Positions 36,049-45,138 of a stretch of DNA of 64,000 nt are shown here, one piece after another; positions within the stretch are counted from its first letter, which is position 1, and each line of letters starts with the position of its first letter. A program made the translations under genes and the position numbers. The notes under the pieces were generated by a model. It worked only from the letters and a program-made list of their open reading frames with translations. It was not told where the DNA came from and made no database searches. Source of the stretch: an uncultured Ignavibacteriales bacterium (GTDB lineage: Bacteria; Zixibacteria; MSB-5A5; GN15; FEB-12); NCBI GenBank assembly GCA_964464605.1, contig CAYXJN010000006.1, positions 211,981 to 275,980 on the forward strand. Direction: 5' to 3'.

Positions 36049-36837
36049 ATGATAAAAGCAATGCGAACTGCTGCCACTGGTATGGTCGCGCAGCAAATGA
36101 ATGTTGACACAATTGCCAACAACCTGTCCAACGTCAACACGACCGGTTTCAAACGGTCGAAAGTTGAATTTCAGGATGTGCTCTATCAAAATTACAAACG
36201 GGCCGGAACAGCTTCATCTATTGGCGCATCCACGCCGACCGGTTTATCTATCGGGTACGGAACTCGCGCCGTATCGACCGTGCGTAATTATTCCGTCGGT
36301 GATCTGACCCAGACCGGCAACCCGCTTGATCTTGCGGTTTCCGGTGACGGTTTTTTCCAGATTCAGGCGCCGGATGGTTCAACTATGTACACCCGCGACG
36401 GCAACTTCAAACTCTCAGCCGATGGCCGTGTAGTCAATAACGACGGTTACGTTTTACTGCCGGAAATTACGATTCCGGAAGATGCGACCCAGATTTCAGT
36501 CGGTGATGACGGCATTGTCGAAGTCTTACAGGTCGGTCAACAGCAGACCACGCAGATCGGACAAATAGAACTCGCCCGTTTTATCAATCCTGCCGGTTTA
36601 CAGGCAGTTGGTCGTAACCTTATGACAGAAACCGGTGCATCCGGTACACCGATTACTGACATTCCTACACAGTCAGGACTCGGTTCTATCTATCAGGGAT
36701 ATCAGGAAATGTCCAACGTCTCAGTGGTCGATGAAATGGTAAACATGATTGTTGCCCAGCGCGCCTATGAAATGAACTCCAAAGCGATTCAAACGGCAGA
36801 CGATATGTCGCAAATCGCCAACACACTGAAACGATAA
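36049..36837 (+). CDS. flgG: flagellar distal rod protein FlgG
   Basis: MRTAATGMVAQQMNVDTIANNLSNVNTTGFKR...SNVSVVDEMVNMIVAQRAYEMNSK. Confidence 0.95.
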   Translation: MIKAMRTAATGMVAQQMNVDTIANNLSNVNTTGFKRSKVEFQDVLYQNYKRAGTASSIGASTPTGLSIGYGTRAVSTVRNYSVGDLTQTGNPLDLAVSGDGFFQIQAPDGSTMYTRDGNFKLSADGRVVNNDGYVLLPEITIPEDATQISVGDDGIVEVLQVGQQQTTQIGQIELARFINPAGLQAVGRNLMTETGASGTPITDIPTQSGLGSIYQGYQEMSNVSVVDEMVNMIVAQRAYEMNSKAIQTADDMSQIANTLKR

Positions 36838-36838
36838 T

Positions 36839-37528
36839 ATGAAACTCGCTGCGCTTATACTTTTTCCGCTGACGTTATTCATTAGTCTAACTCATTCATG
36901 GGTACAGGCTGCTTCATGTAATGACATTATCACGGCACAGGTGGTAACGCGGTATAAACTCGATTCTTCGTATCAAATTGAAATTCTCAGCAACCAACTG
37001 GCGGATCGGGAAACCGATGTGTCATCGGTAACGTTTAAGCCGCTTTCGCAAAAAGAACCGCTTGGTCTGTTCACCGTGCTCATGACCGTTACCTCGGCTG
37101 ACAACACCAAACAAAACGTACAAGTACGAATGCGCGTTAGCAAATTCGCGCAGGTGCTTGTTGCCAAGGACCGGATCAACAAAGGGGAGACGCTCACCAC
37201 AGCGCAGATGGAAACTGTGCGGGTGGATGTCACCAATTTGCGTGAGCAGGCGCTGACCATGCCGGAACAGGTAATCGGTCAGATCGCTAAACGAAACATT
37301 CAAGTCGGTTCGATTCTCACTACCGGATGTGTTGCCACACCGCCGGCAGTGGCATCGGGCAGACCGGTGACGATTTTGTATGAACATGCCGGCTGCCGAA
37401 TCACCGTTCCCGGAATCGCGCTGCAGAATGCCGCGACAGGGGAATACGCTAAAGTAAGAAATACTACTTCGGGTACAGTATTATTCGCCCGAGTCATAGG
37501 AGAAAATAACGTCGCGGTTATGCCGTGA
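36839..37528 (+). CDS. flgA: flagellar P-ring assembly chaperone FlgA
   Basis: It has a signal peptide and a SAF-like C-terminal region (AKRNIQVGSILT...GRPVTILY), and sits between flgG and flgH. Confidence 0.75.
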   Translation: MKLAALILFPLTLFISLTHSWVQAASCNDIITAQVVTRYKLDSSYQIEILSNQLADRETDVSSVTFKPLSQKEPLGLFTVLMTVTSADNTKQNVQVRMRVSKFAQVLVAKDRINKGETLTTAQMETVRVDVTNLREQALTMPEQVIGQIAKRNIQVGSILTTGCVATPPAVASGRPVTILYEHAGCRITVPGIALQNAATGEYAKVRNTTSGTVLFARVIGENNVAVMP

Positions 37529-37550
37529 TAAAACCAGGAAGGTTTTCGTT

Positions 37551-38132
37551 ATGCGTAAGATTCTGATTATTGTACTTATTCTTTTGATACTGCCGTTCAC
37601 GCTGCGGCTTCGCAGTGAAGATTTCGGCGGTAATCAGTCCTTGTTCAGCGACATCAAAGCGAACCGGGTTGGTGACATTTTAACCGTGCTCATTTATGAA
37701 CAGGCGCGAGGAACCAACCAGGCTGAAACCAAAACCGATAAAAGCACCAGTACCTCGACCCAGGGCGGTCCTGGTGTCGGTCCGTTCGATTTCATTCCGC
37801 TTTTCAATGTTAGCGGTGACAATAAGAACAGCTTTCAGGGTAAAGGGGAAACCGTTCGCAACGGAAGTCTCCGCGCCAAAATGTCGGTGACGGTTGTCGC
37901 TGTCAAATCGAATGGTGACTTGATTATTGAAGGTACCCGTACGATTGGTGTCTCCGGAGATCGTGAAACCCTTGCCTTAACCGGTGTTGTTCGCCAAAAA
38001 GATATCTCTCCGAACAATACGATCGATTCCTATTTGATTGCCGATGCTGAAATTCATTACACCGGCAAGGGAAACAACGATACTGCCTCCCGTCCCGGTT
38101 TTTTCACCCGTCTGTTTAACTGGATATTCTAA
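37551..38132 (+). CDS. flgH: flagellar L-ring protein FlgH
   Basis: LFSDIKANRVGDILTVLIYEQA...GDLIIEGTR is the FlgH signature. Confidence 0.9.
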   Translation: MRKILIIVLILLILPFTLRLRSEDFGGNQSLFSDIKANRVGDILTVLIYEQARGTNQAETKTDKSTSTSTQGGPGVGPFDFIPLFNVSGDNKNSFQGKGETVRNGSLRAKMSVTVVAVKSNGDLIIEGTRTIGVSGDRETLALTGVVRQKDISPNNTIDSYLIADAEIHYTGKGNNDTASRPGFFTRLFNWIF

Positions 38133-38141
38133 GGTGCAGTC

Positions 38142-39248
38142 ATGAAACGAATCTTTCCTTTTGCGTTAGCTTTTTCGATTGTTGTCTCTGCCGTCTCGCA
38201 TGCGACGTTAGTCCGCGTGAAAGATTTGTGTGCATTTCAGAATAAACAGGAAACCGACCTGATCGGATATGGCCTGGTAATCGGTTTAGATGGTACCGGC
38301 GACGGTAACGGAACCCAGTTTACCACCCAATCGCTTGTCAATATGATGGAGCGGATGGGGTTGACCGTTGACCAATCCAAAGTAAAAGTCAAAAACGTCG
38401 CGGCTGTGATGGTCACTGCGCGGCTTACCAGTTTTCAACAGAATGGAACATATGTCGATGTTACCGTTTCATCCGTCGGTGATGCCAAATCTCTTCAGGG
38501 TGGAACGCTGCTTTTAACGCCGCTCGCTGATGCAAGCGGCATCGTTCATGCAACGGCGCAAGGTTCCGTTTCTATCGGCGGCTTTAACGTGCAGGTAGAT
38601 GACCGAAACAAAATCGTCAATAACTATACCGTCGTCGGTCGTGTACCGAACGGCGCGCGGGTAACCAATCCGATTGTCGGTGATAGCCTGAGCACCAAAG
38701 AACTGTTTATCACCGTTACTGATCCGGATTTTACTACCGCTAATCGTATCGCCCAGCGGGTGAACCTGCATTACGGTTCAATCGCCACGCCGATCGATGC
38801 CGGAACGATTAAAGTTATGATTCCGGATACGTTGATGGACCCGCTTGATCGAATGGAATTGATTTCGACTATCGGGTTGATGGAAATCGCACCTGATGCT
38901 CCTTCACGCGTGGTTATTAACGAGCGCACCGGAACGATTGTCGCCGGAGGCAATGTGACCATTGAACCGGTCGCTATTGCGCATGGTACCATTACGGTTA
39001 CTATCCAGTCGACGCCGCAGGTATCACAGCCGCAGCCGTTCAGTTTGGGGCAGACCGTTACGACCCAGCAATCGCAAATTTCTGTACAGGATGAAAACGC
39101 GCACGTGGTCTATTTACCGCCGACCGTTAATCTGTCGGATGTGGCCATGGCGTTAAACAAAATCGGCGCAACGCCCCGAGACATCATTGCTATTTTTCAA
39201 GCCCTCAAACAGGCGGGAGCGTTACGGTGTGAATTGGTTGTCCTCTAA
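38142..39248 (+). CDS. flgI: flagellar P-ring protein FlgI
   Basis: RVKDLCAFQNKQETDLIGYGLVIGLDGTGD...DIIAIFQALKQAGALRCELVVL. Confidence 0.95.
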   Translation: MKRIFPFALAFSIVVSAVSHATLVRVKDLCAFQNKQETDLIGYGLVIGLDGTGDGNGTQFTTQSLVNMMERMGLTVDQSKVKVKNVAAVMVTARLTSFQQNGTYVDVTVSSVGDAKSLQGGTLLLTPLADASGIVHATAQGSVSIGGFNVQVDDRNKIVNNYTVVGRVPNGARVTNPIVGDSLSTKELFITVTDPDFTTANRIAQRVNLHYGSIATPIDAGTIKVMIPDTLMDPLDRMELISTIGLMEIAPDAPSRVVINERTGTIVAGGNVTIEPVAIAHGTITVTIQSTPQVSQPQPFSLGQTVTTQQSQISVQDENAHVVYLPPTVNLSDVAMALNKIGATPRDIIAIFQALKQAGALRCELVVL

Positions 39249-40375
39249 TGCCTATTGTAATTCAGCGACAGCAAACGCCTCTGGCGTTGCCTGAACGGGC
39301 GCCAAACGGGCAGCCGGAATCGACGACCATGCTCAAGGGGAAGCATGAAACTTTGGATGCCGCGAAAGCACGGTTGAAGAAGGTCTCCCAGGAATTCGAA
39401 TCTTTCATCAGTTACTATATGCTCAAGTCGATGCGTTCGACTATTGCGTCATCTGAGGAGGCCGGTCCGTTAACGAGCGGATTCGGTAAGGAAACGTTTA
39501 CGGAGATGTTCGATATGGAACTATCAAAAAAAATGGCAAGCGGCAACTCCCGATCGTTATCGGGAATGTTGTACAAATCACTGGAACGGGTGCTGGATGC
39601 CCAGTACACCGGTATGAAACCGGAACCAGTACAGTATCAGGATCCACTGGAACTGCATGAACCGAAATCAATGCCGTTACAGAGGACTAAACCGACCAAC
39701 ATCAATTCACGCATGCCGCTGCAAGCGGCTGACCATGCGGCAGCAGAACAGCTGTCGGCTGATTTGGTCTTAAGCCAGCCACAATTGTATCCGCAGACAG
39801 TCAGCTCTGTACCGTCGGTCGCGAAAAAATCAGTGACCTATGAACGTCCAAGTCCGGTCAAACCGCAGTTACAACCGGTGAAAACAGTTGCAGAGCCAAA
39901 GGAACAGGGGACACCGATTAAATCGACTCCGGCTAATAAATCGATTGGTCTCGATGACATTATAGAAAAGGCTGCCCATGAACATGGGCTTGATTCCGCA
40001 CTGATTCGCTCGGTTATCACGGTCGAATCGAACGGTAACCCAAAAGCGGTATCACGGGCCGGAGCCAAAGGGCTCATGCAGTTAATGGACAGCGTCGTAG
40101 ATGAATACGATGTGACCGACGCATTCGACCCGGCCGAAAACGTTACCGCCGGAGCTGCTCACTTGAAACGGCTCATTACCCGGTTTGGGGACATCAAACT
40201 CGGTCTGGCCGCCTACAATGCGGGACCGGGGAATGTGAAAAAGTACAATGGCATTCCGCCGTTCGCTGAAACCGAGCAGTATGTCGAGAAAGTGCTCGAT
40301 GCGTACAGCCGTTTCAAATCAACACAGGCTGATCCTAAAGTGAACAGTCAAACGGTCGATATAAACCATGAATGA
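39248..40375 (+). CDS. flgJ: FlgJ-like rod-binding domain fused to an SLT-type lytic transglycosylase domain
   Basis: The N-terminal Rod_binding pattern is QEFESFISYYMLKSMRS...FTEMFDMELSKKMA. A Pro/Gln-rich linker follows. The C-terminal SLT motifs are VESNGNP...GAKGLMQLM...AAYNAGPGNV. Confidence 0.75.
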   Translation: MPIVIQRQQTPLALPERAPNGQPESTTMLKGKHETLDAAKARLKKVSQEFESFISYYMLKSMRSTIASSEEAGPLTSGFGKETFTEMFDMELSKKMASGNSRSLSGMLYKSLERVLDAQYTGMKPEPVQYQDPLELHEPKSMPLQRTKPTNINSRMPLQAADHAAAEQLSADLVLSQPQLYPQTVSSVPSVAKKSVTYERPSPVKPQLQPVKTVAEPKEQGTPIKSTPANKSIGLDDIIEKAAHEHGLDSALIRSVITVESNGNPKAVSRAGAKGLMQLMDSVVDEYDVTDAFDPAENVTAGAAHLKRLITRFGDIKLGLAAYNAGPGNVKKYNGIPPFAETEQYVEKVLDAYSRFKSTQADPKVNSQTVDINHE

Positions 40376-40390
40376 AATTTCTGATTGTGA

Positions 40391-40885
40391 GTGAAAGTGA
40401 TAGGAAAACTGTTAGACATTATTGGCAGGGAAGCGACACTCTTCGAGTCTTTTCTTCACTTGCTTGACCGCCAGCGTGATTGTCTCGTTCGCAATGATAC
40501 CGAACAGCTTGCCGAACTGACCGAACTGATGCGGGAAAAAGTTGTCGAAAGCCAGCTTTTGAACGATCAGCGTGAACAGGTTATCCGTGAGTTGAAAGCG
40601 GCGAAAGCGATCGACGGCGATCTCACCGTCAGCCGACTTCTGGAAATTTTAGACGCCCAGGAAGCGGGACAGTTACAGACCCTTCGCGATACAATCTTAG
40701 AACTGAATAAGCGCATTAGCGTGACCCGTCAGCAGAACGAAATGCTGCTGGACCGATCACGCAGTTATATCCAGCGTACACTTGAATTGCTTGCTCAATT
40801 GGAAGAGCCGTCGACTGGCATCTATTTGCCGGGTGGAGCCCCCACCACGACCAATGCCAGTTTAGTGGTAGATAGGAGAGCCTAA
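40391..40885 (+). CDS. flgN: FlgN-family flagellar export chaperone
   Basis: A helical 164-aa protein with LFESFLHLLDRQRDCLVRNDTEQL, immediately upstream of flgK. GTG start. Confidence 0.65.
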   Translation: MKVIGKLLDIIGREATLFESFLHLLDRQRDCLVRNDTEQLAELTELMREKVVESQLLNDQREQVIRELKAAKAIDGDLTVSRLLEILDAQEAGQLQTLRDTILELNKRISVTRQQNEMLLDRSRSYIQRTLELLAQLEEPSTGIYLPGGAPTTTNASLVVDRRA

Positions 40886-42282
40886 TGCCGGGTTTATTTC
40901 AAGGATTAGAAATCGGCAAACGCGCGCTGCTGACTCATCAGACAGTGCTTCAGACTATCGGGCATAACATTGCCAACGTCAACACGCCGGGGTACACACG
41001 ACAGCGTGTGCGTATCGATGCTACCCTGCCAGAAATGGGAACGCTCGCCAATATCGGCAGCGGAGTGGAAGCGGTAAATATTCATAACATTCGTGACCTC
41101 TTTTTAGGGGAACAATTCCGCGCCGACAACAAATCACTCGGTCAGTGGACGTATAAACAGAAAATGCTCACCCAGATCGAATCGATGTTCGGCGAACCGA
41201 ATGACGGCACCTTCGTTACGTTATTAAACAAGTTTTGGGATTCCTGGTCGAATCTGTCGACCAATCCGGAATCAACCACGTTCCGTGCCGCACTTATTGA
41301 AGATACTAATCTGTTAACCAACGGGTTTCATCAGATTGCCGGCCAGCTTGAATCGCTGCGCAAAGCGGTTGATACTGACCTCGATAACATGGTAGAAGAC
41401 GTTAACCGTCTAACCACTGAAATCTCCCGGCTCAACCTGCAGATTTCCCGTCAGGAAGTCGGCGGTTCGGATAGAGCAAACGATTTGCGGGATGCTCGCG
41501 ACCTGTTGATTGATGAACTCTCCACATTAATAGACGTCAACTCCTTCGAAGATGGCAAAGGGCAATTCATTGTCTCGATCGGCCAAATGGAGCTGGTCAA
41601 TGGACCAGATGTCAATATGCTGGAAGCAAAGCCGTTAAATGAAAACGGTAAGCTTGAGCATAAACTGTTGTGGAAGGGAAGCGACGTTTCCTTAACGAAT
41701 ATCGACGGTCAGTTAAAAGGACTCATTGACATGCGGGATAAAATTATCCCGGACATGGTCAAACAGATCGACACGCTTGCCGCGCAGATGGTGGAATCGA
41801 TCAATACGCTGCATCGTCAGGGCTTTGGTCTGGATGGCAGCACCAATCTGAATTTCTTTGATGATACGTTTACTACCGCCGCAACGATTCGGTTGAGCTT
41901 CGATATCGTCGATCATACCGAAAAAATTGCCGCTTCGGCTTCAGGCGCAGTCGGTGATAACGTTATCGCCCTGCAGATGCAGGAACTGCGCAACGCCAAA
42001 ACGATGGTGCGCGGCACCGCGACCATGAACGAGTATTACAACTCGGTTGTCGGTGAATTGGGCGTTATGTCCGGACAGGCACAGTCCTTTGTTGCGAACT
42101 ATGAATTGCTGGTACAGCAAATAGATAATACGCGCCAGTCGGTACAGGGAGTATCGCTGGATGAAGAGATGACCAACATGGTGAAGTTTCAGCATGCGTA
42201 TGACGCGGCGGCGAGAGTCGTCACGGCTATGGATCAGGCACTGTCAACTGTGATTGGGCAGATGGGGATAGTAGGACGATAA
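40885..42282 (+). CDS. flgK: flagellar hook-associated protein 1 FlgK
   Basis: LQTIGHNIANVNTPGYTRQRV...VSLDEEMTNMVKFQHAYDAAARVV. Confidence 0.95.
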   Translation: MPGLFQGLEIGKRALLTHQTVLQTIGHNIANVNTPGYTRQRVRIDATLPEMGTLANIGSGVEAVNIHNIRDLFLGEQFRADNKSLGQWTYKQKMLTQIESMFGEPNDGTFVTLLNKFWDSWSNLSTNPESTTFRAALIEDTNLLTNGFHQIAGQLESLRKAVDTDLDNMVEDVNRLTTEISRLNLQISRQEVGGSDRANDLRDARDLLIDELSTLIDVNSFEDGKGQFIVSIGQMELVNGPDVNMLEAKPLNENGKLEHKLLWKGSDVSLTNIDGQLKGLIDMRDKIIPDMVKQIDTLAAQMVESINTLHRQGFGLDGSTNLNFFDDTFTTAATIRLSFDIVDHTEKIAASASGAVGDNVIALQMQELRNAKTMVRGTATMNEYYNSVVGELGVMSGQAQSFVANYELLVQQIDNTRQSVQGVSLDEEMTNMVKFQHAYDAAARVVTAMDQALSTVIGQMGIVGR

Positions 42283-42326
42283 TTTGGCCGGGACCGTAAA
42301 GGTCACCGCGTAACACGGAGGTTTGC

Positions 42327-42659
42327 GTGCTCATTCTAACAAGGAAGTTAGGAGAGTCCATCACCATCGGAGACAATATCAAGGTCTCCGTATTGGCGAT
42401 ACACGGACGACAAGTCAGAATCGGCATTGAGGCTCCTGCGAATGTCATTGTGCACCGCGAGGAGATTTATGTGCGGATTCAGGAAGAAAACAAAAAGGCT
42501 GCCCGCTCGGTGAACGAAGGTTTGTTTGGCATGATGAACCTTTTGCGTAATCGGGTGAAGTCCAAAGATGAAGAGAAACCGAATAATTCGGAAATCCGCT
42601 ATAAGGATACTCCGGACGGATCTGCGCGGGGAAAACGACCGCCGCGACAGGACAAGTAA
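42327..42659 (+). CDS. csrA: carbon storage regulator CsrA with extended basic C-terminal tail
   Basis: The core is [48 protein letters not shown]. About 50 extra residues rich in K, R and E follow. GTG start with a GGAGG SD. Confidence 0.9.
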   Translation: MLILTRKLGESITIGDNIKVSVLAIHGRQVRIGIEAPANVIVHREEIYVRIQEENKKAARSVNEGLFGMMNLLRNRVKSKDEEKPNNSEIRYKDTPDGSARGKRPPRQDK

Positions 42660-42685
42660 CGAAGGATACCAAATAGGATTGTACC

Positions 42686-44605
42686 ATGCGAGTTACCAGT
42701 GAAATGATGCACAGCCGCGTAACGTTCAATATGCAGCGAGCGTTACAGCGTTATTTGGACTTGCAGACGCAGATGTCGAGTGGCAAGCGGATCAATACCG
42801 CCTCTGATGACCCGGTCGGCACGCAACGCGCCCTTATTTATCGCGGTGAGCTTTCCGCTATCGAACAGTACGGAAAGAATATCAGCGAAGGGGTCAATCT
42901 TATGGATTCCTATGATTCCGTGCTTGGTGAACTGAAAGACCTCATTTCAAGCGCGAACGAAATCGCGGTTGAAATGTCCAACGATACCTACGACGCTATC
43001 GCCCGTGCCGGATCGGCCGGGGAAATCGATGCGATCTTTGATCGTATCATGCAGTTGAGCAATCGTACGTTGCAGGGACGATATCTCTTTTCCGGATTCC
43101 GCACTGATCAGGCTTCATTGTCTGCGCATACCAACGGCGTTTCCTATCATGGCGATGACGGTAAAATCTCGTTCCAAGTCGATACGGCATCGCAGATCAA
43201 TGTGAATGTTCTCGGTACCGATGTTTTCCTTAAACGCCTTTCCAGTTTAGGGGATGGCACTGATCTGAAGGCCGGTATTGCCAATGGTACATTGTTGTCC
43301 ACGCTCAATGACGGCAACGGAGTCGATCTTACTCCTGCAACCTTTACGGTTACTGATAAAAATACCGGTACCAGCGCAACTATTAATCTTACCGGCGTAA
43401 CCGCTGTTTCCGATGTGCTTACTGCCGTCAACGCGCAGCTCGCACTCGCCGGAATGACCAACATTGTCGCAAAGATTGGTTCTGAAAGAAATAATCTCCT
43501 ATTCGATACTTCCGCAAACGGCTTGGTGTCGGTCAATACGTCATTAAATGTGCTGAACAGCGGGAGTGGCGTTGATAAAACCCCGGGGCGCTTTTTGGTA
43601 ACTGACGGCAGTGGTACGAACGTACAAATCGATGTTTCGTCAGCCCAGACAGTTGGCGATGTCATCACCATGTTCAATACCCAGATGACCAACGCCGGAG
43701 TCAATAATGTTACGATGGCCTTAAACGGCAGCAACACCGGATTTGTCATTAATGATACCAACGGCTCACCTTTAAATCTTCGTATTCAGGAAATTGACAC
43801 AATCGAACAAACCGCCCAGTCGCTTGGTATTCTCGGTAACATTGGCGCAAGCCTTGCCGGTGAACCATTAGACCCGACGGTCGCTTTTGAAATCACCGAA
43901 GCAGGCGGCACAGTTGCCGCCGATTTGGGAATCAAAGGGCTGTTCTTCAATGATTTTCCGGGCACGGATTTGAATCCGCGTATCACGGCGGATATGTCAC
44001 TCTCGCAGCTCAATAACGGACTCGGTTTTCCGCTGGGTACGATTACCGTTACTCAGGGTGAATGGCTGCAGACAATCGATTTGGCAGCAGAAAGCCCGAC
44101 GACCGTTCAGGAACTCTTGGATATTTTCAACACGTCCGGTTTGAATATCACTGCTTCATTGAATGCGCAGGGAACCGGTATTCAGATTGTCAACAATGAC
44201 CCGACCCGCTCTCTCTTAATCGAGGATAGCGGCAACGGACTGACGAGTAAGAATCTTGGCATCTATGGTTCAACTGATATGATGGGCAGCGTGCTCGCGC
44301 TTTCCAATGCTTTGAAACGGAATGATCAGGATGGAATCAGCCGCCTGCTCAAAAATATGGATGATTCGATTCAGAATCTGCTGAACAATCGTGCTTCGGT
44401 CGGCGCACGAACGATTCGCTTGGAAAGCACTAACAAACGCCTTACGGATTTGAGTTTGGGCTACACGAGACTGCTTTCTGAAACCGAGGATGCGGATATC
44501 ACCAAACTCGTGACCGACCTTGCTTCATTTGAAACTAACTACCGCGCATCGATAAATGCAGCGGCCCGAATAATACAACCGACCTTGCTTGATTTTCTCC
44601 GGTAG
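42686..44605 (+). CDS. flgL: flagellar hook-associated protein 3 FlgL (unusually long, 639 aa)
   Basis: The N-terminus MRVTSEMM...ASDDPVG and the C-terminus RASVGARTIRLEST...LSETEDADITKLVTDL are flagellin-type. The central region carries repeated IN-type motifs. Confidence 0.85.
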   Translation: MRVTSEMMHSRVTFNMQRALQRYLDLQTQMSSGKRINTASDDPVGTQRALIYRGELSAIEQYGKNISEGVNLMDSYDSVLGELKDLISSANEIAVEMSNDTYDAIARAGSAGEIDAIFDRIMQLSNRTLQGRYLFSGFRTDQASLSAHTNGVSYHGDDGKISFQVDTASQINVNVLGTDVFLKRLSSLGDGTDLKAGIANGTLLSTLNDGNGVDLTPATFTVTDKNTGTSATINLTGVTAVSDVLTAVNAQLALAGMTNIVAKIGSERNNLLFDTSANGLVSVNTSLNVLNSGSGVDKTPGRFLVTDGSGTNVQIDVSSAQTVGDVITMFNTQMTNAGVNNVTMALNGSNTGFVINDTNGSPLNLRIQEIDTIEQTAQSLGILGNIGASLAGEPLDPTVAFEITEAGGTVAADLGIKGLFFNDFPGTDLNPRITADMSLSQLNNGLGFPLGTITVTQGEWLQTIDLAAESPTTVQELLDIFNTSGLNITASLNAQGTGIQIVNNDPTRSLLIEDSGNGLTSKNLGIYGSTDMMGSVLALSNALKRNDQDGISRLLKNMDDSIQNLLNNRASVGARTIRLESTNKRLTDLSLGYTRLLSETEDADITKLVTDLASFETNYRASINAAARIIQPTLLDFLR

Positions 44606-44625
44606 GGAATAAGGAAACCTGACCT

Positions 44626-45105
44626 ATGGTTATTACCAGTTCGCGCTTCGACAAATTGGATGTGCCGCTTGAGCGGATTATCACCATGCAACGACCAATC
44701 CTTGGTTTCGAACGATTGAGTAAATTCTTTCTTTTGGACCGCCCGGAATTTCACCCCTTCTTATGGCTTCATTCGATCGATGATCCGACAGTGGCGTTCC
44801 CGGTTGTATCGCCCCGTCTGTTCTTTCCCGATTTTCGTATCGAGATTCATTCCAAAGAGGTCGCAGAACTGATGATCAGTGATCCGAAGCGGGTAGAAAC
44901 CTTCGTGATTATCACCATACCGAATGATCCGACCGATATCACGGCCAATTTGCAAGGCCCGATCGTGATTAACACCGCCAATAATCTCGCCAAACAGCTT
45001 GTGCTGGTGAACTCAGATTATTGCGTCGCTCACCCGCTCATTGAAGCGGACGAACTGGAAACGTTAGGGAATCATCGCAGGGAGCGGGAATTAGCACGTG
45101 TGTAA
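44626..45105 (+). CDS. fliW: flagellar assembly factor FliW
   Basis: ITMQRPILGFE...FLLD...PFLWLHSID...NLQGPIVINTANNLAKQLVL is the FliW signature. Confidence 0.9.
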   Translation: MVITSSRFDKLDVPLERIITMQRPILGFERLSKFFLLDRPEFHPFLWLHSIDDPTVAFPVVSPRLFFPDFRIEIHSKEVAELMISDPKRVETFVIITIPNDPTDITANLQGPIVINTANNLAKQLVLVNSDYCVAHPLIEADELETLGNHRRERELARV

Positions 45106-45138
45106 CAGGATGTAACAGACACACCACAAAAAACGGGA

